NCBI GenBank assembly: GCA_963801355.1 | Contig: CAWDEM010000004.1 | Coordinates: forward strand, 1,376,001-1,440,000 | Source: Ignavibacteriota bacterium | GTDB lineage: Bacteria; Bacteroidota; Ignavibacteria; UBA10030; UBA6906 | Length of the DNA stretch: 64,000 nt | Direction of reading: 5' to 3' | Shown here: positions 1 to 10,251 of the stretch, one piece after another | Layout: each line of letters begins with the position of its first letter | Numbering within the stretch: position 1 is the first letter of the stretch | Made by a program: the position numbers and the translations under genes | The notes under the pieces: model-generated | Database searches by the model: none | What the model was told of the DNA's origin: nothing | Seen by the model: only the letters and a program-made list of their open reading frames with translations

Positions 1-4
1 GGCG

Positions 5-1690
5 ATGGACATGCTGGGAGAGAAACTGATCGACGAGAAGACTGCAGTGAGCCGTCTGACACCCGATCAGCTTGATGAATTGCTGCACCCCATCGTCGAT
101 CCGAAGGCGGAGAAGCAGTCCGAGCCCGTTGCAGGCGGGTTGCCGGCGGGTCCGGGGGGCGCATGCGGGCAGATCGTCTTCACGGCGGCCGATGCGGTGG
201 AGTGGGCGAAGCAGGGGAAGAAAGTGCTCCTGGTGCGGGAGGAGACGAATCCGGAGGACGTCGAGGGTATGCGTGCGGCCGAAGGTATTCTGACGGCCCG
301 CGGCGGCATGACAAGCCATGCCGCGCTTGTCGCCCGCGGCTGGGGGAAATGCTGCATCGTCGGCTGCGGTACACTGCACATTGATGCGCATGCCAGGACC
401 ATGACCGTAGGTGAGAAGGTCTACCGGGAAGGGGATTGGTTCACACTGAACGGCACGCGCGGGTATGTGTATGCCGGCAAGCTGGCGATGGTCAGCTCCA
501 CGGAGAATCCGCAGTTCGTGCACTTCATGAAGATCGTGGACAAGTTTCGCACGATCGGCGTGCGCACCAATGCGGACACGCCGTCCGACGCCCAGAAAGC
601 GCGCGAGTTCGGCGCGGAGGGCATCGGCCTGTTCCGCACCGAACACATGTTCTACGGCAAGCACTCCGAACAGCCGCTTTTCATCCTGCGGAAGATGATC
701 ATTTCCCGCACGGAAGGGGAGCGCCGCGCGGCGCTGGCCGAACTCTATCCGTTTGTCAAGAAAGACATCAAAGACACGCTTGCGGTGATGGATGGACTGC
801 CGGTCACCGTGCGTTTGCTTGATCCGCCGTTGCACGAATTCGTGCCGAAAGGCGCGGAAGAACGCAAGAAGCTGGCATCGGCACTCGGCATCACGGTGGA
901 AGACATCGCCATGCGCGCGGATGCGCTCCATGAGAGCAACCCGATGATGGGTCATCGTGGTGTCCGTCTGGGCATCACGTATCCCGAAATCACCGAAATG
1001 CAGGTGCGTGCCATCCTGGAATCCACAGCCGAGCTCAAGGCCGAGGGCAAGACGGTGCTTCCGGAAATCATGGTCCCGGTGGTCGGCATCAAGAATGAAC
1101 TGGATCATCAGCGTGCCATCGTCGATGCCATTTATGCGGAGGTATGCGCGAAGTACTCCCTGAAGAAGATCGACTATCTCTACGGGACGATGATCGAAAT
1201 TCCGCGTGCAGCATTGACGGCGGACAAAATCGCCGAATCAGCGGAGTTCTTCTCCTTCGGAACGAATGATCTCACCCAGATGGGTTTCGGGTTCTCCAGG
1301 GACGACATCGGCAGCTTTGTGCCGGAATACCTGAAGCTGAAGACGCTGCCGGCGGATCCATTCCAGATACTGGATCAGGAGGGCATTGGTCAGCTTGTGC
1401 GTATGGCCATTGAGAAGGGACGGGCGACGCGACCCAAGTTGAAGATCGGCATCTGCGGCGAGCACGGCGGCGAGCCGTCGTCGGTGGCATTCTGCTACCG
1501 CGTCGGGATGAATTATGTCTCCTGTTCACCGTTCCGCGTGCCGATTGCCCGGCTGGCGGCGGCGCAGGCCGCGATTGCCGGCGGTGCCAGCGCGGCAACC
1601 GGAACAAAGCCGGCGCGGAAGAAAGTCCGGAGCGCCGCGAAGAAAGTCCGGAACGCCGCGAAAAAAGCAACTCCACGGAAGCGAAAATAA
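5..1690 (+). CDS. ppdK: Pyruvate phosphate dikinase, 5'-truncated by the window edge
   Basis: GGMTSHAALVARG phospho-His motif, GIGLFRTEHMF, FSFGTNDLTQ, GICGEHGG; Lys/Ala-rich C-terminal tail. Confidence 0.96.
   Translation: MDMLGEKLIDEKTAVSRLTPDQLDELLHPIVDPKAEKQSEPVAGGLPAGPGGACGQIVFTAADAVEWAKQGKKVLLVREETNPEDVEGMRAAEGILTARGGMTSHAALVARGWGKCCIVGCGTLHIDAHARTMTVGEKVYREGDWFTLNGTRGYVYAGKLAMVSSTENPQFVHFMKIVDKFRTIGVRTNADTPSDAQKAREFGAEGIGLFRTEHMFYGKHSEQPLFILRKMIISRTEGERRAALAELYPFVKKDIKDTLAVMDGLPVTVRLLDPPLHEFVPKGAEERKKLASALGITVEDIAMRADALHESNPMMGHRGVRLGITYPEITEMQVRAILESTAELKAEGKTVLPEIMVPVVGIKNELDHQRAIVDAIYAEVCAKYSLKKIDYLYGTMIEIPRAALTADKIAESAEFFSFGTNDLTQMGFGFSRDDIGSFVPEYLKLKTLPADPFQILDQEGIGQLVRMAIEKGRATRPKLKIGICGEHGGEPSSVAFCYRVGMNYVSCSPFRVPIARLAAAQAAIAGGASAATGTKPARKKVRSAAKKVRNAAKKATPRKRK
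1613..1668 (+). repeat. About 2.5 copies of a 21-bp in-frame tandem repeat encoding AAKKVR(S/N)
   Basis: aagaaagtccgga occurs at 1619 and 1640, followed by a degenerate third copy. Confidence 0.8.
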
Positions 1691-1705
1691 TCATCGCCCG
1701 ACACG

Positions 1706-1747
1706 TCCCCCGCGTGCCCCCGGTTGGTCCGGGAGGCGCGCGGGGAG
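1706..1747 (+). terminator. GC-rich hairpin after ppdK; terminator or mRNA-stabilising stem
   Basis: ccccgcgtgcc-cccgg/ccggg-ggcgcgcgggg imperfect inverted repeat; weak U-tract. Confidence 0.45.
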
Positions 1748-1775
1748 TTGTTGATCAATCAGGAGTGTATGCAGC

Positions 1776-2813
1776 ATGAAACTTTCCGACTTCCGCTACC
1801 CCTTGCCGCGGAACCTGATTGCCAAGTACCCGGCAAACCCGCGTGATAATGCGCGCCTCATGGTGTTGAACCGTGCCGACGAATCCATCGAGAGCATGCG
1901 GTTTCACGATATCACCAGATTCTTCAAGAAGGGGGATTGCCTGGTGGTGAATGAAACCAAGGTGTTCCCGGCCCGGCTGTTCGGCCGGAAGGAAAAGACC
2001 AACGCGAAAATCGAGGTCTTCCTCCTGCGAGAGCTGAACAAGGAGGAAAACATCTGGGATGTGATTGTCGACCCCGCCCGCAAAGTGCGCATCGGCAACA
2101 AGATCTTTTTCGATGAGGGGCGGTTGTGGTGTGAAGTCATCGATAATACGACTTCGCGTGGCCGCACCGTGCGCTTCAATGTCAGCGGTGATTTTTTTAG
2201 AATCATTGAGCGCATCGGCAAGATGCCGCTGCCGTACTATATCAAGCGTGAATCCACCGAGAAGGACAAGGAGTCCTATCAGACCGTGTTCGCAAGATCC
2301 CTCGGCGCCGTCGCGGCTCCGACGGCGGGATTGCATTTCACCAAACGGTTGCTGGCGACGCTCAAACGGAAGGGTGTGCGCATCGTGCCGGTGGTCCTGC
2401 ACGTCGGCCTCGGATCATTCCGGCCCGTTGAAGTGGAAGACCTGACCAAGCACAAGATGGATTCCGAGTACTACGAGATTCCCGACGTGACCGTCGACGC
2501 GGTGAACAAGACCATCGATGCCAAGGGCAATGTATTCGTGGTCGGCACAAGCACCTGCCGGGCCGTGGAATCGAGCGTGACCACCGACGGCCATCTGAAA
2601 GCCAACAGGGGATGGACGGACAAGTTTATCTTCCCTCCGTACGAATTCAAGATTGCCGACCGGCTGGTCACGAATTTTCACATGCCGGAATCGACGTTGC
2701 TCATGCTCTCGTCGGCCTTTGCAGGCCGTGATTTCATGATGAAGGCGTACAAGCGGGCTATTAAAGAGGGGTACAGGTTTTTCAGCTACGGCGATGCAAT
2801 GCTGCTGATGTAG
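1776..2813 (+). CDS. queA: SAM:tRNA ribosyltransferase-isomerase
   Basis: MKLSDFRYPLP, VVNETKVFPARL, AVAAPTAGLHF, TNFHMPESTL, YRFFSYGDAM; AGGAG RBS. Confidence 0.97.
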   Translation: MKLSDFRYPLPRNLIAKYPANPRDNARLMVLNRADESIESMRFHDITRFFKKGDCLVVNETKVFPARLFGRKEKTNAKIEVFLLRELNKEENIWDVIVDPARKVRIGNKIFFDEGRLWCEVIDNTTSRGRTVRFNVSGDFFRIIERIGKMPLPYYIKRESTEKDKESYQTVFARSLGAVAAPTAGLHFTKRLLATLKRKGVRIVPVVLHVGLGSFRPVEVEDLTKHKMDSEYYEIPDVTVDAVNKTIDAKGNVFVVGTSTCRAVESSVTTDGHLKANRGWTDKFIFPPYEFKIADRLVTNFHMPESTLLMLSSAFAGRDFMMKAYKRAIKEGYRFFSYGDAMLLM

Positions 2814-2835
2814 CCGTCGCCCGGCGTGCGTGTCC

Positions 2836-4671
2836 ATGAAACTCGCCCTTCTCATACTTGTCAACGTCGCAGTGATCGGGCTCTTCGTGCGGCTGTTCCG
2901 CACGAAGAACCTGCTTGCCTATTTCAGCGGCGGCCGGTGGTGGCTGACGTGGCTTTCCATCGCCGTGATCACGCTGATGGACGAGCTTACCTCGATTTTC
3001 TACGCTCCCAGCGAGGCCTTCCGCTTCATCGGGTCCTACGCCATTCCCTTCATCGCGATCACCTCGCTGCTGATGCGTTTCCTCTCGACCCGCATGGTGG
3101 AGATCGCGGAGATTCTTGACCACCACAAGATCCGCGGCGGGGGCGTGTATTCATTCTCCTACCTTACACTGGGGCCGACGTTCTCGTTCATCGCCGTGGC
3201 GTCGATCATGGTCGATTACGTGCTGACGGCATGCATCTCGACTGTCAGCGCCGTGGAGAACGGCCTGACCTTCATTGCACTCGGCCCGGTCACGAAGATG
3301 GGGATCCAGTTTGCCGTGGTGTGGGGGATTGCCGGACTGAACATCATCGGGATCAAGGAAAACGCCCGGTTCACGTTCGGCATCTTCTTTTTTGTGGCGC
3401 TCGTCTTGCTGACCCTGCTCGCCTCGGCATTGTACGAAGCCCCCGCTTCTTCCTGGCAGCAAATCGGCGCAAGCTATGCCAATGTCGGCACCTTTTTCCG
3501 GGACCACTCGCTCTGGAGCGGCTACGGCTTCGTTGTGGTCTGCGTCGCAGGATGCATACTCGCGTACTCCGGGATAGAGTCCGTTGTGCAGACTGCAGGA
3601 CTCACACGCAGCTGGAAGGATACGGGCAAGGCGTATATCTTCCTTGCGCTCACCACCGGAATTTTCACCCCGATGATCTCCATGCTGGTATTGAGTTCAG
3701 GAATCGATCCTGCGCATCATGAAACAGATCTCATTACGCAGTTTGCTGCCCGGTTGAATGGCATCCCGTTCGGCTTCATCGTGGGGGGGGTGGCCAGCAT
3801 TGCACTCATCATGGCCGTGAACACGGCATTCGTGGCCTCCAGCGAACTTATGGAGCGTGTGGCGCACCGGTACAGCTTTCGCTGGATCATCAAGACGAAT
3901 GACCGCCAGTCATTGTACCGCATCCATGTGCTCAATGCGATCTTCTTTTCGGTGATCATTCTTCTGACCTCAGGAAGCCAGAGGATGCTGGCGGAGATGT
4001 ACGCCCTCGGGCTCGTCGCAAGTTTTGCCATCAACATGGGCAGCCTGCTGTACTACCGGTATTTTACGGGAACGAAGGAGATCCGTGAATACCATACGTC
4101 GCGGTTCGGTACCCTCGTGCTGTTTGTGATTCTCCTGAGTTGCTTCATCTATCTCGCGATGAGCAAACCGTACGGCATCGCGCTCTGGTCGGTGGTGTCG
4201 GTGTTCTTCCTGTTGGTGGGATTCCGCGTCGCGCGGCGGCGCGCACCCGAAATCGTGCAGGTGGCACAGACCGATACGCCCATGCAGATGGTGTTCGCTC
4301 TGGCGGACGCCCCGGGCGATACCATTGACATTTTCTTCAAGCGGCCCCAGGAAGAAGGATTGCTTCCCAACCCCGTGGTGGCCTTTGTTACATTCTACTC
4401 ACCGCGGACGGGCATACCACCCCGCATGTCCGAAAACCACTATCGTTTTGCGCAAACCGGTCAATCGCTGTTCGATAGCATCACGGAGCTGCTGTACGTG
4501 CTGAAATACGAGCTTCCGCATAAGCAGGTGACCATTCACATCGGATGGCCGCGCTCGTCGTGGATCGATCGATTCTCCATCGGCGTGATGGTATTCAGCA
4601 TGATGCGGTTACCCGACATGTTTCCCGAATTTCATTTCATGATTGAATATTTCCCGAAGAAGAATGCGTGA
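2836..4671 (+). CDS. APC-superfamily permease, KimA/YdaO-like
   Basis: Multi-TM protein with MDELTSIFYA, GGGVYS, VDYVLT and YSGIES motifs plus a soluble C-terminal domain. Confidence 0.75.
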   Translation: MKLALLILVNVAVIGLFVRLFRTKNLLAYFSGGRWWLTWLSIAVITLMDELTSIFYAPSEAFRFIGSYAIPFIAITSLLMRFLSTRMVEIAEILDHHKIRGGGVYSFSYLTLGPTFSFIAVASIMVDYVLTACISTVSAVENGLTFIALGPVTKMGIQFAVVWGIAGLNIIGIKENARFTFGIFFFVALVLLTLLASALYEAPASSWQQIGASYANVGTFFRDHSLWSGYGFVVVCVAGCILAYSGIESVVQTAGLTRSWKDTGKAYIFLALTTGIFTPMISMLVLSSGIDPAHHETDLITQFAARLNGIPFGFIVGGVASIALIMAVNTAFVASSELMERVAHRYSFRWIIKTNDRQSLYRIHVLNAIFFSVIILLTSGSQRMLAEMYALGLVASFAINMGSLLYYRYFTGTKEIREYHTSRFGTLVLFVILLSCFIYLAMSKPYGIALWSVVSVFFLLVGFRVARRRAPEIVQVAQTDTPMQMVFALADAPGDTIDIFFKRPQEEGLLPNPVVAFVTFYSPRTGIPPRMSENHYRFAQTGQSLFDSITELLYVLKYELPHKQVTIHIGWPRSSWIDRFSIGVMVFSMMRLPDMFPEFHFMIEYFPKKNA

Positions 4672-5344
4672 CATCGCGGTCATCATTCCCGCCGGCGGAA
4701 CGGGGAGGCGCATGGGGGGGCGTGTACCGAAGCAATTCCTCCGTCTCATTGACCGGCCGGTCCTCGTTCACTCTGTGCGGGTGTTTGAACGGATCCCTGC
4801 GGTGCGGCAGATTGTTATCGCCGTTCCGGCGGACTATGTCGCCCGCACACAGCGTCTGCTGCGCAAAGAGGGATGCCGGAAAGTGACAATGGTCGTGGAA
4901 GGCGGTCGCGAACGGCAGGTGTCCGTCCGGAGGGCACTCGGCAAACTGAAGGGGGAGCCTTCACTTGTGCTGATTCATGACGCCGTGAGGCCCTTGGTTT
5001 CCCTGCAGGTCGTTAGAGAAGTCATCAATGCGGCAGAACGATGGGGGGCGGCGGTGGTGGGAGTCCGCCTGAACGATACGGTCAAAATAGAAGGTAATCG
5101 CGGTTTCTACGGTTCTACCCTTCCGCGTCACCTTCTCTGGGCCGTTCAGACCCCCCAGGGGTTCCGGACGCATCTCATTATAAAGGCCCACCAGCTGGCT
5201 CTGAAAGCGCATTTCGCCGGAACCGATGACGCTTCCCTGGTCGAAAGAATGCGAATTCCGGTCCGTATTGTCCAGGGAAGCCCTCGAAATTTGAAGATTA
5301 CGACAAGAGACGACCTCCGTATCGCCAGACTCCTCTTGTCGTAG
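4664..5344 (+). CDS. ispD: 2-C-methyl-D-erythritol 4-phosphate cytidylyltransferase
   Basis: PAGGTGRRMG..PKQF, IHDAVRP, VQTPQGF, TDDASL, NLKITT. Confidence 0.95.
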   Translation: MRDIAVIIPAGGTGRRMGGRVPKQFLRLIDRPVLVHSVRVFERIPAVRQIVIAVPADYVARTQRLLRKEGCRKVTMVVEGGRERQVSVRRALGKLKGEPSLVLIHDAVRPLVSLQVVREVINAAERWGAAVVGVRLNDTVKIEGNRGFYGSTLPRHLLWAVQTPQGFRTHLIIKAHQLALKAHFAGTDDASLVERMRIPVRIVQGSPRNLKITTRDDLRIARLLLS

Positions 5345-5354
5345 GTCGGCCGTG

Positions 5355-5383
5355 TTGCGCGTGGTTTTCCATTTTGGTATATT
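5355..5383 (+). promoter_or_regulatory. Sigma70-type promoter for plsY-gpsA
   Basis: TTGCGC-N17-TATATT. Confidence 0.6.
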
Positions 5384-5415
5384 ACAACCTCCATTTCCAT
5401 TATGCACAGGATTCC

Positions 5416-6111
5416 ATGCTTCCCATTAGCATCATAGCTGCGCTGAGCTATCTCATCGGGTCTATCCCCACGAGCATCATCGTTGCCCGAAAGGCCCGGG
5501 GAATCGACATCCGCCACTTCGGAAGCGGCAATGCCGGTGGGACGAACGTGATCCGCGTGCTTGGCTGGAAAGCGGGTGCGTTCGTGATTGCGATGGATAT
5601 GGCAAAGGGACTTGTGGCGACCATGATTGTTGCGCGGTTCATGTATGGCGCCCTGCCGTTTTCCAATGCGACGCCTTTCGATGACCTCACGGTGGTACGC
5701 ATCATTGCCGGCTGCTCGGCGATTCTCGGTCACATCTGGACAGTGTTTGCGGGGTTCAAGGGGGGGAAGGGTATTGCCACGGCCGGAGGTGTGTTGATCG
5801 GGATTGCCCCGGTTGAGGTGGGGGTCTCGTTCGCCGTGTTTGCCCTCGTTTTCATGCTTACCCACTATGTCTCGCTGGGTTCTCTCAGTGCCGCGGTCAC
5901 ATTCCCGCTGACGATGTTCTTCCGCGAGAATGTGTTCATGGTGGAGGTGGAAGGGTACGGGACGTTGATCTTCTTCAGTATCGGCATCTCGTTGTTGATC
6001 ATCTTCACTCATCGTTCAAACATCAAGCGTCTGTTGCGGGGAACGGAGAATCGGATTACGACACTCCGGTTTTTCCGGAAAAAGTCCGAACTCCCCTCGC
6101 AGGCCGGTTGA
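5416..6111 (+). CDS. plsY: Glycerol-3-phosphate acyltransferase
   Basis: YLIGSIP, DIRHFGSGNAGGTNV, FKGGKGIAT, HRSNIKRL. Confidence 0.96.
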   Translation: MLPISIIAALSYLIGSIPTSIIVARKARGIDIRHFGSGNAGGTNVIRVLGWKAGAFVIAMDMAKGLVATMIVARFMYGALPFSNATPFDDLTVVRIIAGCSAILGHIWTVFAGFKGGKGIATAGGVLIGIAPVEVGVSFAVFALVFMLTHYVSLGSLSAAVTFPLTMFFRENVFMVEVEGYGTLIFFSIGISLLIIFTHRSNIKRLLRGTENRITTLRFFRKKSELPSQAG

Positions 6112-6132
6112 TTCTTCTCACCCTTCGTTCGT

Positions 6133-7134
6133 ATGCGCATTGCAATCCTCGGTGCGGGCGGCTGGGGAACCACCCTGGCCATCCTGCTGTCGGAGAATTC
6201 CCATTCCGTCATGCTCTGGTCGTATGACGAAAAGGACGCACAGAACATCCTGCGCACGCGGAAGAATCCGGCCTACCTCCCGGGCATAAGCCTTCCGGAG
6301 TCCATCACCGTCACCACCAACCTTGTCGAGGCAATTCGTGACAGGGATATGCTCGTCGTAGCCATCCCCTCCCAATTTATCCGCCGTTCGCTGGAGAAGT
6401 GCCGTGACATGGCGTTCGACGACGTGTTGCTGGTCAATGTCGCCAAGGGTATCGAAAACGGCACGCTCATGACGATGTCGGAGATGTTGCACGACACGTT
6501 ACCCCGCCTTACGCCGGACCGCATCGCGACACTCTCCGGACCGAGCCATGCGGAAGAGGTGAGCCGGCACATCCCCACAACCGTGGTGGTGGCTTCCGCT
6601 TCACTGGAAACCGCGCGCCTCGTGCAATCGGTGTTCATGACCCCCTACTTCCGGGTATACGCCAGCAATGATCTCCGCGGCGTGGAGATCGGGGGCGCAC
6701 TGAAGAATGTCATCGCCATCGCGGCGGGTATCATTGATGGTGCACAACTCGGTGACAACACCAAGGCAGCGCTCATGACGAGAGGCATTGCAGAGATCGC
6801 CCGGATCGGCGTGGCACTGGGTGCCCAGGAGCGCACGTTTGCGGGACTTTCGGGAGTCGGCGACCTGATGGTTACTTGCATGAGCCATCACAGCCGCAAC
6901 CGGCACATCGGCGTCGAAATCGGCAAGGGGAGGAAGCTACCGGAGATCCTGGCAGGCATGGTGATGGTCGCCGAGGGGGTCGCTACGACGCAGTCCGCTC
7001 ACGATCTGGCGAAGCGTGTGGGAGTGGAAGTTCCCATCATAGAGCAGGTACACAAGGTTCTCTTCGAAGGGAAGGATCCGCTCCGCGCCTGCTCCGATCT
7101 CATGACGCGGGACCCGAAAGGTGAGATATGGTGA
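6133..7134 (+). CDS. gpsA: NAD(P)H-dependent glycerol-3-phosphate dehydrogenase
   Basis: GAGGWGT, LSGPSHAEEV, GALKNVIAIAAG, GDLMVTC, SRNR. Confidence 0.96.
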   Translation: MRIAILGAGGWGTTLAILLSENSHSVMLWSYDEKDAQNILRTRKNPAYLPGISLPESITVTTNLVEAIRDRDMLVVAIPSQFIRRSLEKCRDMAFDDVLLVNVAKGIENGTLMTMSEMLHDTLPRLTPDRIATLSGPSHAEEVSRHIPTTVVVASASLETARLVQSVFMTPYFRVYASNDLRGVEIGGALKNVIAIAAGIIDGAQLGDNTKAALMTRGIAEIARIGVALGAQERTFAGLSGVGDLMVTCMSHHSRNRHIGVEIGKGRKLPEILAGMVMVAEGVATTQSAHDLAKRVGVEVPIIEQVHKVLFEGKDPLRACSDLMTRDPKGEIW

Positions 7135-7167
7135 CCGGGGAGTGAACACCGATGGTTCGCGGAGAAA

Positions 7168-7206
7168 GCACAACCCCGCCGGAGTTCACCTCCGGCGGGG
7201 TTGTGC
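7168..7206. terminator. Perfect 17-bp hairpin between convergent gpsA and hppA; likely bidirectional terminator
   Basis: gcacaaccccgccggag-ttcac-ctccggcggggttgtgc. Confidence 0.8.
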
Positions 7207-7226
7207 ACATGTACGGGCGCTGCGTC

Positions 7227-9395
7227 TCAGATGAACAGGGGCGCCAGCACCAGCGTGATGGTGCTCAAGAGCTTCACCAGCACGTGCAGCGAAGGTCCGG
7301 CCGTATCCTTGCACGGATCTCCGACCGTGTCTCCTACGACGGCTGCTTTGTGGGGATCCGAGCGTTTCCCGCCCAAGGCGCCGGTCTCAATGTACTTCTT
7401 GGCATTATCCCATGCGCCTCCCCCGTTGTTCAAGAAGAGGGCCATGAGGATGCCGGTGATTGTCCCCACCATGAGCAAACCGCCGACAACTTCCGGACCG
7501 CTCGCGCCGAAGGTCGGCCGGCCGGCGAGCTCGTAGATCCCCCGGAAAACAAGGCCCACGGCGACCGGCATGCCGACGGCAAGCAGACCCGGCGCGACCA
7601 TTTCGCGCAAGGCGGACTTCGTGGCGATATCCACACACTGGGCATAATCCGGTTTTGCCGTGCCCTGCATGATGCCGGGGTTGTTCTTGAACTGCTCACG
7701 GACGTTGGTAATGATGGCGCCGGCAGCTCTTCCCACCGCTTTGATGGCGAGTGATGAGAAGAGGAAGACGAGGACCGCGCCAAGCAATGCACCCACAAAC
7801 ACTTCAGGCTTGTTCAGATCGATCGCACCGGAAAACGAGGGCATATACGCTTTTACCTCGTCCAGGTACGCGCTGAAGAGGAGGAATGCCGCGAGGGCCG
7901 CGGAGCCGACAGCATAGCCCTTGGTCAGAGCTTTCGTGGTATTGCCTACCGAATCCAGGCGGTCGGTGCGGTCGCGCACCTCTTTCGACTGGTGGCTCAT
8001 TTCCGCGATGCCGCCGGCATTATCCGTAATCGGGCCGAATGTATCCATCGCCAGGACGTAGGCGGCAGTTGAAAGCATGCCCATGGTGGCAACAGCGGTC
8101 CCGAACAAACCGGCATGTGCCAGACCGGAGGCGGTGCCAAGGAAATAGGCGCCTATGATGGCTGCTCCGATGACGAGCACCGGGTAGCCTGTGGATTCCA
8201 TGCCGACTGCGAGGCCGGTAATGATGTTGGTTGCAGGACCGGTTTTTGATGCTTCGGCGATGGAGAGGACCGGCCGGAATCTGTAGTCAGTGTAGTAGAT
8301 CGTCAGGAGCACAAATGCGAGCGACGTCAGCACGCCGACAAGGCCGCACAGAAAGAAGTTGAAATAGTATTCGGCGCCGAGCAGCCACCGGGATGCCACG
8401 AAGAATCCTATCATTGCGAGAATTGCGCTGACATAGAATCCCCGGTTCAGCGCTTTCATCGGGTCTTCTTTGTCGTTTGTCTTCACGGAAAGGATGCCGA
8501 TAGCCGAAGCGATGATGCCGAACGCACGGGCGACCAGGGGGAACATGATGATGCCGGCGAGCGGGAGGCCATTGGCGGCGAAGGTATCCTTGTTGGCGGC
8601 AAAGAGGCCGGCCGCCAGAATCATTGCGCCGATGTTCTCTGCTGCCGTCGACTCAAACAGATCCGCACCGCGGCCTGCACAGTCGCCCACGTTATCACCC
8701 ACCAGATCGGCGATGACCGCGGGATTGCGCGGGTCATCCTCCGGGATCCCGGCTTCCACCTTGCCGACAAGGTCCGCGCCGACGTCGGCAGCTTTGGTGT
8801 AGATGCCGCCGCCCAGCTGGGCAAACAGCGCCACAAAGCTTGCGCCGAATCCATAGCCGACGATGAGCAGGGGGATCTTTTCAATACTCTCAGTGACCCC
8901 GGCCGCTTCCACGGCGGCAAACAGCCCGGCGACACCGAGCAGACTTAATGCCACGACGAAAAACCCCGATACTGCGCCACCACGGAGCGCCGGCTGCAGC
9001 GCGCTGTTCATGTCGCGCGTCGCCCCTGACGCCGTGCGGATGTTGGCGCGAATAGCGACCCACATCCCCATGTAGCCGGCCGCTGCGGAGCAGAGCGCGC
9101 CCAGAACGAACGAGAGCGTTGTCCAGAGCGCCAGTTCCGACGGCGCCGCCGGGTCGTTCGCCGAGTGCGCCCGCACAAATGCATAGAGGATGTAAATGAG
9201 GCACGCCAGGGCCACCGCAAGATAAATGATTGTGCGGTATTGCCGGCTGAGGAAAGCCTCCGCGCCCGCCTTGATGGCGTCGGAGATCTCCCGCATTTTC
9301 TCTGTGCCCGTATCGCGTTTCAGAACATCGCGCATCAGGTAGAGTGCAAACAACAGCCCCAGAATACTTATGCCAAAAATGAGCGTGAGTTCCAT
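7227..9395 (-). CDS. hppA: Membrane-bound pyrophosphatase, K+-independent H+-pumping type
   Basis: DVGADLVGKVE, DNVGDCAG, DTVGDPCKD; GNTTKA (Lys) is the K+-independent signature. Confidence 0.93.
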   Translation of the reverse strand: MELTLIFGISILGLLFALYLMRDVLKRDTGTEKMREISDAIKAGAEAFLSRQYRTIIYLAVALACLIYILYAFVRAHSANDPAAPSELALWTTLSFVLGALCSAAAGYMGMWVAIRANIRTASGATRDMNSALQPALRGGAVSGFFVVALSLLGVAGLFAAVEAAGVTESIEKIPLLIVGYGFGASFVALFAQLGGGIYTKAADVGADLVGKVEAGIPEDDPRNPAVIADLVGDNVGDCAGRGADLFESTAAENIGAMILAAGLFAANKDTFAANGLPLAGIIMFPLVARAFGIIASAIGILSVKTNDKEDPMKALNRGFYVSAILAMIGFFVASRWLLGAEYYFNFFLCGLVGVLTSLAFVLLTIYYTDYRFRPVLSIAEASKTGPATNIITGLAVGMESTGYPVLVIGAAIIGAYFLGTASGLAHAGLFGTAVATMGMLSTAAYVLAMDTFGPITDNAGGIAEMSHQSKEVRDRTDRLDSVGNTTKALTKGYAVGSAALAAFLLFSAYLDEVKAYMPSFSGAIDLNKPEVFVGALLGAVLVFLFSSLAIKAVGRAAGAIITNVREQFKNNPGIMQGTAKPDYAQCVDIATKSALREMVAPGLLAVGMPVAVGLVFRGIYELAGRPTFGASGPEVVGGLLMVGTITGILMALFLNNGGGAWDNAKKYIETGALGGKRSDPHKAAVVGDTVGDPCKDTAGPSLHVLVKLLSTITLVLAPLFI

Positions 9396-9470
9396 AATAC
9401 AGAAGTCACTCCTTTCTAAGTGAGTGAGGAGCAGCACATGGAGAGTGAATGAACGGTTTGAACGACGGCG

Positions 9471-10124
9471 CTACGAAGCAGAAGTGCCATTCTTCTGGAT
9501 TTGCCCGGCGGCCTGCTCACGGCGCCTGGCCGAACGATGCCGCAGGTACTTGTATAGCAAGGGAAGAATGGAAACGAAGATAACGATTGCGATGACATAT
9601 TCTATACGCTTCTCAATCCCGGGAATGGACCGGCCGAGAAAGTATCCCAGCAGTGTCATGCTTGAAATCCAGACGATGGCACCGCCAACATTGAACATGG
9701 CAAAACGGCGGTACTTCATATCTGCGACCCCCGCCACCACGGGAGCAAACGTCCGTGCAAAAGGCATGAACTGTGCGAGGACAATCGTAATGCCGCCGTA
9801 TTTTTCGTAGAACTCGTGGGTTTTGATCAGGTGGTCCCGCCGGAACCAACGTGTCTGGGGTCGATTGTACAGGGCCTGCCCGGCCTTATGGCCAATGAAG
9901 TATCCGCTGGCATTGCCGGTTATCGCAGCAACACAGAGGAGGGGAACCAGTATCGTGATGTCAAGCTGACCCCGTGCAGCAAACAGCCCTGCCGTCACCA
10001 GCAGGGAATCGCCGGGAAGGAAGAATCCGACGAGCAGTCCCGTCTCAGAAAACACGATGGCAAAGAGGCCGATGTACCCACCCCATATGATAATTTCCTC
10101 AAGCGTCGGCAGCTGTTCGAGCAC
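9471..10124 (-). CDS. DedA/VTT family membrane protein
   Basis: FSETGLLVGFFLPGDSLL, FYEKYGG, PFARTFAP; GTG start chosen. Confidence 0.9.
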   Translation of the reverse strand: MLEQLPTLEEIIIWGGYIGLFAIVFSETGLLVGFFLPGDSLLVTAGLFAARGQLDITILVPLLCVAAITGNASGYFIGHKAGQALYNRPQTRWFRRDHLIKTHEFYEKYGGITIVLAQFMPFARTFAPVVAGVADMKYRRFAMFNVGGAIVWISSMTLLGYFLGRSIPGIEKRIEYVIAIVIFVSILPLLYKYLRHRSARRREQAAGQIQKNGTSAS

Positions 10125-10190
10125 AGTCCCTCTCGACTGAATGAATTTCAAACAAGATACGACGTTTGGCGATAAGAGACAACCGGAAAC

Positions 10191-10219
10191 TTGCGTGTGG
10201 ACGTGCTCAATCGTATCTT
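10191..10219 (+). promoter_or_regulatory. Sigma70-type promoter upstream of recG
   Basis: TTGCGT-N17-TATCTT. Confidence 0.55.
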
Positions 10220-10251
10220 GCTTCAACCACCGCATCCAGGAAGGAGACTGA

